From contig JAUIEF010000006.1 in NCBI GenBank assembly GCA_030428785.1, positions 7,832 to 71,831 of the forward strand: a DNA stretch of 64,000 nt, written 5' to 3'. Origin of the DNA: a bacterium. Its GTDB lineage: Bacteria; Planctomycetota; B15-G4. The notes under the pieces were generated by a model. That model did no database searches. It worked only from the letters and a program-made list of their open reading frames with translations, and was not told where the DNA came from. The position numbers were made by a program, and so were the translations under genes. Numbering within the stretch: the first letter of the stretch is position 1; the number at the start of each line of letters is the position of its first letter. Positions 8,924 to 18,561 of this stretch are shown here, piece after piece.

Positions 8924-10057
8924 ATGTTCACCACCAGGACCACTCTCCGTACCTCGATCGCCGCCGCGACGCTCGCCGTGGCGGGGACCGCCGGCGCCCA
9001 GATGCACGCCATCGGGCCGCTCAACCAGCACACGTTCCCCGAGTCCTTCACGGACTTCGGCGGCACGACCGTCGTCGCGGGCATCGACCCCGCCGACGGG
9101 CTCCTCCCGTTCGGCCCGCTGCCGGACCCGCTCTCGCCGCCGGACGTCGGCAGCGGCAACTTCCCGCTCGAGGTCCTCTACTGGTCGGCGGGCGCGTCCA
9201 TCCCGACCGGGGTCGGTGACGCCGAGCTCGAGATGGCCATCGTCGGCTTCTTCGCCAACGACGCGGTCATCGAGGGCGAGCAGACCGTCACCTCGACGAT
9301 GCGCATCCGCGCCGACCTCCTGTCGGCCGGGACCTACACGGTCACGCACCCGTACGGCGTCGAGGAGTTCGAGGTCGTCGCCCCCGGCGACAAGGCCATC
9401 AACGAGACCTTCGACGCGTTCCTCACCGGCACGAACCAGTTCAACGCGCCGATGAACGCGGCCTTCGCGCCCATCGGGCCGACGCTCCTCGAGTGGGACA
9501 CGACCCTGCCCGCCGCGCCGGCCGGCTACCTCGGCGACCCGGGCATCGACCACACCGTCGTCGGCAGCCCGCTCGGCACGAACGTGTTCCGCATCGAGGG
9601 CCCGAACGTGGGCGGCCTCGGCATCGACAGCATCGAGACGGACCTCTTCTCGATCGCGGGCAAGCTCGCCGCGCCGGCGCCCACCGCCTGGACGGACCTC
9701 GGCGGCGGTCTCGCGGGCACGGACGGCATCCTGCCGACCCTGCGCGGCACGGGCGACCTGTCCGCGAACACGCCGTTCAGCGTCGACCTCGCGGGCGCGC
9801 CGCGCGACTCGCTGGGCATCCTGTTCGTCGGCACGCAGGCGGGCAACTTCCCGTTCGCCGGCGGCATCGTCGTCCCGAACCCGTCGACCGGCTTCCGCCG
9901 TCAGCGCATCACGGACTTCGCGGGCGAGATCTCCTTCGGCGGGAACTTCCCGGCCATCGCGTCCGGCACGACGATCCTCGTCCAGTACTGGATCCGCGAC
10001 CTCGGCGCGCCGCAGGGCTTCGCCGGCAGCAACACGGTCTCGGGACTCGTCCCCTGA
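8924..10057 (+). CDS. Secreted protein of unknown function (paralog 2) with C-terminal ~120-aa module
   Basis: Signal peptide ending AGTAGAQ. Shares FPExxTD, GTYTVxHPxG, GYxGDPxIxHTVxGSPxGxNxFRxEGPN, WxDLGGGL and QYWxxDxGAPxxFAGSN with 7471-8688. Confidence 0.85.
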   Translation: MFTTRTTLRTSIAAATLAVAGTAGAQMHAIGPLNQHTFPESFTDFGGTTVVAGIDPADGLLPFGPLPDPLSPPDVGSGNFPLEVLYWSAGASIPTGVGDAELEMAIVGFFANDAVIEGEQTVTSTMRIRADLLSAGTYTVTHPYGVEEFEVVAPGDKAINETFDAFLTGTNQFNAPMNAAFAPIGPTLLEWDTTLPAAPAGYLGDPGIDHTVVGSPLGTNVFRIEGPNVGGLGIDSIETDLFSIAGKLAAPAPTAWTDLGGGLAGTDGILPTLRGTGDLSANTPFSVDLAGAPRDSLGILFVGTQAGNFPFAGGIVVPNPSTGFRRQRITDFAGEISFGGNFPAIASGTTILVQYWIRDLGAPQGFAGSNTVSGLVP

Positions 10058-10148
10058 TCCGACCGTGACGCCCGGCGCCCTCCGCGGGTGCCGGGCGTCG
10101 CACGCTCGAACCCTTCCAGGCTCCCCCTCCGGGGGGACCTCCCTCCCG

Positions 10149-10202
10149 CCCCCTCCCGGTCGGTCGGTGCGCATCCCGCCGGCCGGGAGGGGGTTCTTCG
10201 TT
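10149..10202 (+). terminator. Putative intrinsic terminator
   Basis: Stem CCCCTCCCGGTCGG / CCGGCCGGGAGGGG followed by TTCTTCGTT, between convergent genes. Confidence 0.5.
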
Positions 10203-10253
10203 CCCGGGCGGCGCCGGGCGCGACGACGTCGCGCGCCGGCGACGCGTCAGCCG

Positions 10254-11393
10254 TCAGCGCACGGGGTCGACGCGCGAGCGCGCGTCGCGCGTCCACGGAC
10301 GGAGGAGCTCGTCGAGCGCGGCCTTCGCGTCGAAGGTCGCGTTGCCGAGCACGGCGCCCGCGACGCCGGCCGCCGGCACGACCGCCATCTCCGTGGTGAA
10401 CCCGGGACCGCGTCCGCCGTGCGTGACGTGCGGCGGCGGACCGGCGTGCACGCGCCAGCCGAGCCCGCCCTCGCCGCGTCGACGCGCGCGCCCCGTCCGC
10501 GGGCGGTGCACGTGCTGGAGGACGTGCAGCGGGTCGTCCTCGTCGAGCGACGCCGCGAGGTGTCGACGCAGCAGCGGCGCGAGGTCGCCGACGGGACCCC
10601 ACAGCCCGCCGTGCGGCGAGAACACCGGCCGCCGGCGACGCACGCGGTCCCACGGACCGGACGCGACGCCGTCGCGGAACCCGCCGACGGCGCGCACGAG
10701 CAGCCCCCACCGGGACCACCGGCGCACGTGACCCGTCGCCGTCGTCGCGGCGCCCGCCTCCGAGACGGACGCCGGCGGCACGAAGCCCGTGCGCGTCGCG
10801 CCGCCGGGACGGAGCACGCGCTCGACGAGGCCCTCGCGGAACGGACGGCCCGTCCACGCGGCGAGCGCCTGCCCCATGACCGCGTAGCCGAGGTTCGAGT
10901 ACCGGAAGCCCGCGCCCGGCGGACGGGTGAGCCAGGCCCGCCGCGCGAGGACGCGCGCGAGCGTCTCCTCGGGGTCGGGCCACGGCTGCTCCTCGTCCAC
11001 GAACCAGGCGGCCGCGTGGAGCTGCCGGTCGCCGAAGCCGGCGCCGTGGCTGGGCAGCTGCCCGAGCGTCACGGCCTCCCAGCGTCGGCGCTGCTCGCCC
11101 CGCGCGTCCGGCACGACGTCGGGCGCGACGTCCACGAGCCGCGTGTCGAGCGTCCACCCGCGCCGCCGCAGCTCGAGCAGCCAGTCCGTCGCCGTGAAGA
11201 CCTTGGTGAGCGAGTACCACGCGAAGACCGTGTCGGCGTCGGCGGGGCGCCCCGTCGCGAGGTCCGCGACGCCGTCCGCCGCGACGTGCGTCCCGCCGTC
11301 GGCCGTCACGACGACCGCGGCGAGCGCCGGGACCCGCCGCCGCGCGCGCAGGCCGCGCAGGACGTCCGCCGTCACGCGGTCGTCGTCGCGCAC
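10254..11393 (-). CDS. Serine hydrolase, beta-lactamase/AmpC-like family
   Basis: SxxK (YSLTK), YSN (FRYSNLGY) and HGG motifs. Start inferred at the GTG just after the upstream stop. Confidence 0.85.
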   Translation of the reverse strand: MRDDDRVTADVLRGLRARRRVPALAAVVVTADGGTHVAADGVADLATGRPADADTVFAWYSLTKVFTATDWLLELRRRGWTLDTRLVDVAPDVVPDARGEQRRRWEAVTLGQLPSHGAGFGDRQLHAAAWFVDEEQPWPDPEETLARVLARRAWLTRPPGAGFRYSNLGYAVMGQALAAWTGRPFREGLVERVLRPGGATRTGFVPPASVSEAGAATTATGHVRRWSRWGLLVRAVGGFRDGVASGPWDRVRRRRPVFSPHGGLWGPVGDLAPLLRRHLAASLDEDDPLHVLQHVHRPRTGRARRRGEGGLGWRVHAGPPPHVTHGGRGPGFTTEMAVVPAAGVAGAVLGNATFDAKAALDELLRPWTRDARSRVDPVR

Positions 11394-11398
11394 CGCCG

Positions 11399-12703
11399 TC
11401 AGGCCGTGTGGACGACCTGCCCCATGACGAGCGTGAGCCGCGGCCAGCCCGTGAGCTCCATGCCCTCGTACGGCGTGAGCTTCGCCTTCGAGTGGTGCTC
11501 CGCGCCGCGCACGACCTTGCGCGACGTCGGGTCGACGAGCACGAGGTCCGCGTCGAAGCCCTCCTGCACGCGGCCCTTGCTCCGGAACCCGTGCACCGCG
11601 GCCGGCGTCGCCGCGCCGCGCGCGATGACCGTCCCGATGTCGAGCAGCCCGCGCTCGACGAGCGTCAGGCAGAGCGGCATGAAGATGTCGAGGCACGGGA
11701 TGCCGGACGGCGCCTCGGCGAAGGGCCTGGCCTTCTCCTCGGCCGTGTGCGGCGCGTGGTCCGACGAGAGGCAGTCGATGTCGCCGGTGCGCAGGCCCTC
11801 GAGGAGCGCGTCCCGGTCCTCCGCGGTCTTGATGGACGGGTTCACGCGCAGCACGGAGCCCATGCGCGCCGTGTCCTCGTGCGTGAAGTAGAGGTAGTGC
11901 GGGCAGGTGCCGCCCGTCACGGGCCTGCCGGCCGCGCGCGCCTCGGCGACGAGCGCCGTCGCGCCGCCCGTCGACATGTGGAAGATGTGCACGCGCGTGC
12001 CGCACTCCTCGCCGAGCGCGAGCGCGTTGCGCGTCGCGATGATCTCCGCGTCGGCCGAGCGCGCGAGGTGCCACGCGGCCGCGCCCGCCGCGCCGTGCTC
12101 GCGGATGCCCGCGGCGATGGTCGGCCCGTCCTCCGCGTGCACGAAGAGCCAGTGCCCCGTCTCGGCGACCTCCGAGAACAGCCGCCGCAGACGGTCCTCG
12201 CCCGAGACGTCGATGCCGCCCGTGGACGGCCCGAGGAAGAGCTTGTAGCCGGCGACGAGGTCGGACATCTCGCCCACGTGGCCGATCGTCTCGGGCACGA
12301 GGCTCCCGTAGACGCCGACGTTCACCACGGACTTGGGCCGCACCTGGTCGAGCTTCTGCTCGACGGCGTGGCGGCTCGTCATGAGCGGCTGGTTGTTCTG
12401 GATCTCGAGCAGCGTCGTGATGCCGCCCGCCGCGGCGGCGCGCGTGCCGGTCGCGTAGCCCTCCTTGTGCTCGAGGCCCGGCTCGCGCAGGTGCACGTGG
12501 TCGTCGATGAAGCCGGGCAGGAGCCAGTGCCCGCGACCCTCGACGCGCTCGGCGTCGCGGTCCGGGCCGCCGTCGCGCGCGGGCGCGACCTCGACGACGG
12601 ACTTGCCCTCGACGACGACGTCCCAGCGCTCGGACGGGTCGCGCTCCGGGAGCACGACGTCGAGGAGCGCGAGCGGTGTCACCGCGGTCGACGCGTCAGG
12701 CAT
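11399..12703 (-). CDS. pyrC: Dihydroorotase family cyclic amidohydrolase
   Basis: DDHVHLREPG, GYKLF, HAED, CPHYL and SDHAPH motifs. Allantoinase-like specificity cannot be excluded. Confidence 0.75.
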   Translation of the reverse strand: MPDASTAVTPLALLDVVLPERDPSERWDVVVEGKSVVEVAPARDGGPDRDAERVEGRGHWLLPGFIDDHVHLREPGLEHKEGYATGTRAAAAGGITTLLEIQNNQPLMTSRHAVEQKLDQVRPKSVVNVGVYGSLVPETIGHVGEMSDLVAGYKLFLGPSTGGIDVSGEDRLRRLFSEVAETGHWLFVHAEDGPTIAAGIREHGAAGAAAWHLARSADAEIIATRNALALGEECGTRVHIFHMSTGGATALVAEARAAGRPVTGGTCPHYLYFTHEDTARMGSVLRVNPSIKTAEDRDALLEGLRTGDIDCLSSDHAPHTAEEKARPFAEAPSGIPCLDIFMPLCLTLVERGLLDIGTVIARGAATPAAVHGFRSKGRVQEGFDADLVLVDPTSRKVVRGAEHHSKAKLTPYEGMELTGWPRLTLVMGQVVHTA

Positions 12704-14063
12704 CGGCGCGCAGGACCGCCACGGTGAGGTCGTCGTCGGCCGCGCCCTCGAGGCCGGCCCACGCCACGGCGTCCTTGATGAGCACGTCGGGCAGCTCGGC
12801 GGCGGGCAGGTCCTTGTGACGGAGGATCGACTCGCCCAGGCGCTCGCGACCGTACTGCTCGTCGCCGCGCCGCATCTCGAGGATGCCGTCCGTGAACATG
12901 ACCACCGTGTCCCCCGCCTCGAGCGAGTACGGCCCGCGCTCGGTCCACTCGGCGTCCTCCTCGACGCCCAGCGCGAAGCCCGTGCGCTTGTAGTCCTCGA
13001 GCTCGCCGCTCGCCGCGTGGACGAGGATGGGGTTCGGGTGCCCGGCGTTCGAGTACGCGAACTCGCGCGTGTGCGGGTCGAGCACGCAGAGGAACATGGA
13101 CATGAACATGTCGTCGCCCATGTCGCCCGACAGGTGGCTGTTGAGCTTGTGCAGGATCGCCGCCGGCGACTCCGCGTTCTGCGAGTAGGCGCGGAGGTAC
13201 GCGCGCGCGCTCGACATGAAGAGCGCGGGGCCCGCGCCGTGGCCGGACACGTCGCCGACCGCCATGGCCAGGTGGTTGCTCTTCGTGCGGAAGAAGTCGT
13301 AGTAGTCGCCGCCCGCCTCGGTGGCGGGGATGACGCGGCCGGCCATCGTGAAGCCGGCGACCTCGAGGCTCGTCGCCGGGAAGAGGTTGCCCTGGATCTC
13401 GCGGACGAGCTCGAGATCGCTCTCCATCCGCTCGGCCTTGAGGCGCTCCTCCATGACCCGCCGGTTCGTCCAGACGATCGACAGCATGTCGGCGAAGGCC
13501 TCGAAGAAGCGCAGGTCGCTCTTCTGGAACGGGCGTTCCGAGGCGCGGGCGTCCACGTAGATGGCCCCCTCGAGCGCGTCGCGGAACTTGAGCGGCACGC
13601 ACATGACCGACCGGATGTTCAGGTTGATCATGGACTGGCTGGGGTCGAAGTCCGCGCCGTCGTCGGCCTTCTTGCAGACGGGCTCGCCGGTCTCGAGCAC
13701 GGACTGCACCTCGCGCGTCGACCAGGTGAGCGTGTCGGGCAGGTCGTTGCCGCTCGCGTCGCGGCGCACGCGCAGGATCGGGTGACCGCCCGGGTCGGAC
13801 GCGAAGAGCATGCCGCGCTCGGCGCCGACGACCTTGACCGCGCGGTCGACCATGGAGACGAGCTGCTCGTCCGGCTCCATCTCGCTGCTCACCTCGCGGA
13901 GGCTGTCGATGAGCATCCGGATGCGGCTGCTGTCGCGCTCCTTGTCGCCCGTGATGTAGGTCGTCTGCGAGCCGTCGAAGAGGACGGTGGACGGATCCCG
14001 GGAGGCGGACAGCTCGGGCGGCTGCTCGTCGGCGGGCTTCTTGCGTCGGAAGAGACCGGACAT
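12696..14063 (-). CDS. GAF + PP2C/SpoIIE serine phosphatase (RsbU-like)
   Basis: GAF (SQSMINLNIRSVMCVPL...GAIYVD); PP2C motifs GGDYYD, GDVSGHG, NAGHP, FTDG, DDLT. Confidence 0.93.
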   Translation of the reverse strand: MSGLFRRKKPADEQPPELSASRDPSTVLFDGSQTTYITGDKERDSSRIRMLIDSLREVSSEMEPDEQLVSMVDRAVKVVGAERGMLFASDPGGHPILRVRRDASGNDLPDTLTWSTREVQSVLETGEPVCKKADDGADFDPSQSMINLNIRSVMCVPLKFRDALEGAIYVDARASERPFQKSDLRFFEAFADMLSIVWTNRRVMEERLKAERMESDLELVREIQGNLFPATSLEVAGFTMAGRVIPATEAGGDYYDFFRTKSNHLAMAVGDVSGHGAGPALFMSSARAYLRAYSQNAESPAAILHKLNSHLSGDMGDDMFMSMFLCVLDPHTREFAYSNAGHPNPILVHAASGELEDYKRTGFALGVEEDAEWTERGPYSLEAGDTVVMFTDGILEMRRGDEQYGRERLGESILRHKDLPAAELPDVLIKDAVAWAGLEGAADDDLTVAVLRADA

Positions 14064-14079
14064 CCCGCGGAGTGTACCA
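14061..14079 (-). promoter_or_regulatory. Putative extended -10 leaderless promoter (TGG-TACACT-N7-ATG)
   Basis: Minus strand reads TGGTACACTCCGCGGGATG directly into the phosphatase start. Confidence 0.5.
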
Positions 14080-14149
14080 GTCCGACCCGGCGCCCCCGAC
14101 GGGCCCCGCGGGCGGTTTTCGGGACGCACCACGCGCCGCTCGATCGTCC

Positions 14150-14178
14150 TTGACCTCCCCGGGGGGCGCTCCGAGAAT
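14150..14178 (+). promoter_or_regulatory. Putative sigma70 promoter TTGACC-N17-GAGAAT
   Basis: Consensus-like -35, 17-nt spacer, upstream of the STAS gene. Confidence 0.5.
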
Positions 14179-14371
14179 GGCGGCTCACACGGCATCGTCC
14201 GGGGGCTTGCGCCGTGCCCGCCCCCGCCCGCGGTGCTGCCCCCGAACCGCGTCCGGCCGCGACCCACCGAGCGACCCGGCGCCCCCCGAGGACGAGGACG
14301 CCCCCGACGACACCCGAGGCAGGTGACGCACGCCGGCGGACTCCCCGAGGCCCAACGAACAGGACCCATCC

Positions 14372-15038
14372 ATGAAAGTGCTGAAGGAGAACCTGTCCGG
14401 CATCGTCGTGCTGACGCTCAAGGGCGAGTTCGACTCGTTCGTGACGAACCCGTTCAGCAACGAGATCGGCAAGGTGCACGCGGACGGCGTCCACAAGATC
14501 GTGCTGAACATGCGCCTCGTGAAGTTCGTCAACAGCACGGCGCTCGGCGCCATGATCAAGGCGCGCAAGGGCTGCAAGAAGGAGGGCGGCGACCTGGTCG
14601 TCTCCCAGCCCAGCGCGAGCGTGCGCGAGGCGATGGAGTCCCTGGGCCTCGACCGGCTCTTCTCGATCTACGACGACGACGAGGCGGCCATCGCCGCCCT
14701 CGACCGGACGGCCTCGGTGGAGCTGGACGGCGAGGCGGAGAGCACCGTCATGATCCACGTGCCGGAGGTCACCCGGCCCGTCGTCGCGCGCCTGCCAGGC
14801 GCCGGGCAGCCACGAGAAGCTCGTGGCCGGCCGCGAGGTGCGCCTGAAGTTCCGGCTGCCGCTCTACCGCAAGGAGTTCTTCGACGTGAGCGCGCGCATC
14901 GAGCAGGTGAGCGCCGGCGAGGGCGGCACCGCGCTCCAGATGCACTTCACGAAGGTCTCCGACGAGGACCGCCAGGCCATCGAGGCCTTCGTGTCCGACA
15001 TGAAGGACCTGCGGGACGCGGCGCGCGGCTCGGCCTGA
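14372..15038 (+). pseudogene. STAS (anti-sigma-factor antagonist) + PilZ-like domain protein, frameshifted near 14795
   Basis: STAS: VVLTLKGEFD, FVNSTALG, LGLDRLF. A PilZ-like tail (GREVRLKFRLP...SARIEQV...MHFTKVSDEDRQAIEAFV*) continues in the +1 frame. The break may be an assembly error. Confidence 0.75.
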
Positions 15039-15048
15039 GCCCGACCGC

Positions 15049-15816
15049 TCAGCTCGCGAGCGCCAGCACCCCCACCCAGCGCGCCCCCGCCGTGCGCAGC
15101 GCCCGGGCCGCGGCGTCGGCCGTCGCGCCCGTGCTCACGACGTCGTCGACGAGGAGCACGCGTCGTCCCGCCACGCGGGCGCGGCGCGCGCGGAACCCGG
15201 CGCGCAGCTGCCGCCGACGGCGCTCGCCGGGCGTCCCCGCCTGGGGCGCGGTCGGTTGCCGTCGACGCCTCAAGGCGCGCACCTCGAGCGGGATCCGCAG
15301 CGCGTCCGCGACCCCGCGCGCGAGCTCCCGCGCCTGGTCGTAGCCGCGCTCCCGGCGGCTGACGGCCCGCGCGGGCACGGGCACCACGACGAGCTGCCGG
15401 CGGTCGGCGACGAGCGGCGCGGCCCGCGCGCACCCGGCGAGCCGCGCGCCGAGCGGACCGAGCACCTCGCGTCGCCCGCGGTACTTGAAGCCGTGCACGA
15501 GGCGACGCGCCGCGCGCCGGTAGTGCCACAGCGCGACCGCGGCGTCGAACGCGAAGGGGCGCCCGAAGCGCAGGCACCGGCCGCACCACCCCTCCCGCGC
15601 GGCGGTCCGCGTCCACGGCGCCCCGCACCGCGTGCAGGCCGGCCCGCGCGGCGGCGCGCAGCGGGAGAGGCAGGCGCGGCAGAGTCCGCCGCCCGCCTCG
15701 AGCCCGCAGGCGACGCACGTGCCGGGGACGAGCAGCCAGAGCAGCTCGCCCGTCGCGGCGGTCAGCTCACGGACGGCGGCCCGCGCCCAGCTTGCGCAGC
15801 GGGGCGAAGGCGTCAT
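15049..15816 (-). CDS. comF: ComF family protein (double zinc ribbon + phosphoribosyltransferase fold)
   Basis: CxxC x4, RRERGYDQA, VLLVDDVVSTGAT. Confidence 0.88.
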   Translation of the reverse strand: MTPSPRCASWARAAVRELTAATGELLWLLVPGTCVACGLEAGGGLCRACLSRCAPPRGPACTRCGAPWTRTAAREGWCGRCLRFGRPFAFDAAVALWHYRRAARRLVHGFKYRGRREVLGPLGARLAGCARAAPLVADRRQLVVVPVPARAVSRRERGYDQARELARGVADALRIPLEVRALRRRRQPTAPQAGTPGERRRRQLRAGFRARRARVAGRRVLLVDDVVSTGATADAAARALRTAGARWVGVLALAS

Positions 15817-16363
15817 CGGCCGCGGCGCGGCGCCGGTCCTCCGGCGCGAGGCGCAGCGCGGCGCGGACCCGGTCCGCGTAGTCCGCGATGGAGTCCTCGC
15901 CCAGCGAGGCCACGCCCAGGATCTCGCCGATCTCGCGCGTCTCGGACGGGTGCTTCTCGAAGTTCCAGTCGCTGTGCTCCTGGAAGAACTCCGTGAGCAG
16001 GCGACGGAAGACCGCGAGGCTCCACGCGTTCTGCGCCATGCGCAGCACGATGGTCACCGCGATGATCCCGCCCAGCAGGAGCGCGACGGACTGCAGCGGC
16101 ATGGGCTCGGCGGCCTCGGCCGACCGCGGGAAGAGCTGCGCCACGATCTGCAGCGAGAACCCGACCATGAGGAACAGGAAGCCCGTGAAGATCTGCGCCT
16201 TCACGCGCACCTGCTGGTGGACGGCGCGCAGCGGCTGCTGCCGCTCGATGCCGAAGTGCTCGTGGATGAACCGGCGCGGATTCCGGACGCCCATGGAGTT
16301 CGCGAGGAAGATCACGCCGACGATGTCGAGCGCGAGTCCGATGGACGAGAGGTTCAGGAGCAT
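15767..16363 (-). CDS. Hypothetical membrane protein (3 TM + soluble C-terminus)
   Basis: Typical codon usage, hydrophobic segments, GAG-rich SD region. Confidence 0.75.
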   Translation of the reverse strand: MLLNLSSIGLALDIVGVIFLANSMGVRNPRRFIHEHFGIERQQPLRAVHQQVRVKAQIFTGFLFLMVGFSLQIVAQLFPRSAEAAEPMPLQSVALLLGGIIAVTIVLRMAQNAWSLAVFRRLLTEFFQEHSDWNFEKHPSETREIGEILGVASLGEDSIADYADRVRAALRLAPEDRRRAAADDAFAPLRKLGAGRRP

Positions 16364-16703
16364 GACCCGGAGAGGCTCCGCGGGGTCCGTGGCGGGGACC
16401 GGTCATCATGGCACAGGGATCCGGAGGACGGAATCGGGCATCCAGGGCCGGGAGGACGGCCGGGCCGGCGGGCCGTGACCTCCCCCGGACCCGCCTCCTC
16501 CCGTGGGCGACTCCCTCGGCGGCGCCCGCGCGGCGGCCGGCGCTCGCCGAGCACCCGATCCGCGGCCCCCGCCCGCGCTCCCGACCCTGGAACGGCGCGA
16601 GAGGCGTTCGCTAGCATTCCGGGCTTCCCCCCGGCCCCGGCCTCCGCGGGTCGGGAGCCACCCGCGCGTCCCCCGCCCCCTTCGGCCCCCGCCCCCCGTC
16701 CCC

Positions 16704-17078
16704 ATGAGCGGCAGCGGTCCCACCATCGACAAGGAGCTCATCGAGCGCCTCGCCGGCCTCGCCCGCCTGGGCCTCGCCGAGGACGAGCGGGAGACCCTGC
16801 GCGACGAGCTCGAGAGCCTGCTCGGCCACTTCCAGGCCCTCCAGGAGGTGGACACCGAGGGCGTCGAGCCCCTCGCGCACGTGCTCACGGCGACAGGCGA
16901 GCCGGGCGTCGACGCCGTGGACCCCTTCGAGCACGCCCGCGACCGCCTCGTCGACGCGGCCGCCGTGCACCGCGAGGGCTTCTTCGTCGTGCCGCGCGTC
17001 GTCGAGGGTCCGGAGCGCGAGGCGACCGACGACGACGCGGCGCCCGTCGACCCCGACCCGGCCGACGAGCTGGACTGA
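16704..17078 (+). CDS. gatC: Asp/Glu-tRNA amidotransferase subunit C
   Basis: LAGLARL, EVDTEGVEPL, GFFVVPRV; precedes gatA. Confidence 0.93.
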   Translation: MSGSGPTIDKELIERLAGLARLGLAEDERETLRDELESLLGHFQALQEVDTEGVEPLAHVLTATGEPGVDAVDPFEHARDRLVDAAAVHREGFFVVPRVVEGPEREATDDDAAPVDPDPADELD

Positions 17079-17082
17079 CCCC

Positions 17083-18561
17083 GTGCTCTCCGCCACCGCC
17101 ATCGCCGCGCGCGTCCGCTCCGGGGAGTTCGACCCGCAGGAGGTCACCGAGGCAGCGATCCGCCGGCTCGAGGCGCGCGACCCGCAGGTGCACGCGTACC
17201 TCGACCCGGACCTCGAGCGCGCGCGACGCTGCGCCGACGCGGTCGCCGAGACGCTGCGCCGCGGCGAGGACCCCGGCCGGCTCGCGGGCGTGCCCGTCTC
17301 GCTCAAGGACAACATGGCCGTCGAGGGCGCCACGCTCACTGCGGGCTCGCGCATCCTCGAGGGCTACCGCGCGCCGTACACCTCGCACGTCGCGCAGCGG
17401 CTGCTCGCCGAGGGCGCCGTGCTGCTCGGGCGCACCAACCTCGACGAGTTCGCGATGGGCGCGTCGACGGAGAACTCCGCGTACGGTCCGTCGCGCAACC
17501 CGTGGGACAGGGACCGCGTGCCCGGCGGCAGCAGCGGCGGCAGCGCGGCGGCGGTCGCGGCGGGCATCGTCCCCGTCGCGCTCGGCTCGGAGACGGGCGG
17601 CAGCATCCGGCAGCCGGCGGCGCTCTGCGGCGTCACGGGCTTCAAGCCGACGTACGGCGCGGTGTCGCGGCACGGGCTCGTCGCCTTCGGCTCCTCGCTC
17701 GACGTCATCGGTCCCATCGCGTGCCACGCCGAGGACGCGGCGCTCGTGCACGACGTCATCGCGGGCCACGACCCGCGCGACGCGACGACCTGGACCGGCG
17801 AGCGGCCGTCGGCGCTCACGGAGCGCGCGGACCTCGAGGGCCTGCGCATCGGCATCCCCGAGGAGTTCCTCGACGACGCCGTGGACGCGCGCGTGCTCGA
17901 GCGGGTGAGCGCGGCCATCGCGCAGCTCGAGGAGGGCGGCGCCATCACGCGCGTCGTGCCGAAGGGCTCCCTCCCGTCGATGCACCTCGCGATCCCCGTG
18001 TACTACCTCGTCGCGTGCTCGGAGGCGTCGAGCAACCTCGCGCGCTTCGACGGGATCCGCTACGGACCGGCGCGCGAGGAGGCGGCCGAGCTCCACGAGC
18101 GCTACGCCGCGACGCGCGCCGGGCTGTTCGGCCCCGAGGTGCGGCGCCGCATCCTGCTCGGCACGTTCTCGCTCTCCGCGGGCTACGCGGACGCCTGGTA
18201 CAAGAAGGCGCTCCAGGTGCGGCGGCTCATCCTCGACGAGTTCCGCGCGCTCTTCGCGGACTACGACCTGCTCGCCGGGCCGACCTCGCCGTTCGGGGCG
18301 TTCAAGATCGGCGAGCGCAGCAAGGACCCGTACGCGATGTACCTGTGCGACCTGCTCACGGCGCCCGCGTGCCTCGCGGGGCTGCCGAGCGTGTCGGTGC
18401 CGTGCGGCCTCGCGCGCAAGGGCGCGTACAAGGGGCTGCCCGTCGGCCTGTCGCTCACCGGTCCCGCCGGGCACGACCACAAGGTGCTCGCGGCGGCGCG
18501 CGCCTACGAGGCGGTGCGCGGCGCGCCGGAGCGCTCGCCCCTGCAGGAGGACGAGGCGTGA
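17083..18561 (+). CDS. gatA: Asp/Glu-tRNA amidotransferase subunit A
   Basis: KDN, PGGSSGGSAAAV, GSETGGSIRQPA, EASSNLARFDG, EVRRRILLGT. Confidence 0.97.
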   Translation: MLSATAIAARVRSGEFDPQEVTEAAIRRLEARDPQVHAYLDPDLERARRCADAVAETLRRGEDPGRLAGVPVSLKDNMAVEGATLTAGSRILEGYRAPYTSHVAQRLLAEGAVLLGRTNLDEFAMGASTENSAYGPSRNPWDRDRVPGGSSGGSAAAVAAGIVPVALGSETGGSIRQPAALCGVTGFKPTYGAVSRHGLVAFGSSLDVIGPIACHAEDAALVHDVIAGHDPRDATTWTGERPSALTERADLEGLRIGIPEEFLDDAVDARVLERVSAAIAQLEEGGAITRVVPKGSLPSMHLAIPVYYLVACSEASSNLARFDGIRYGPAREEAAELHERYAATRAGLFGPEVRRRILLGTFSLSAGYADAWYKKALQVRRLILDEFRALFADYDLLAGPTSPFGAFKIGERSKDPYAMYLCDLLTAPACLAGLPSVSVPCGLARKGAYKGLPVGLSLTGPAGHDHKVLAAARAYEAVRGAPERSPLQEDEA

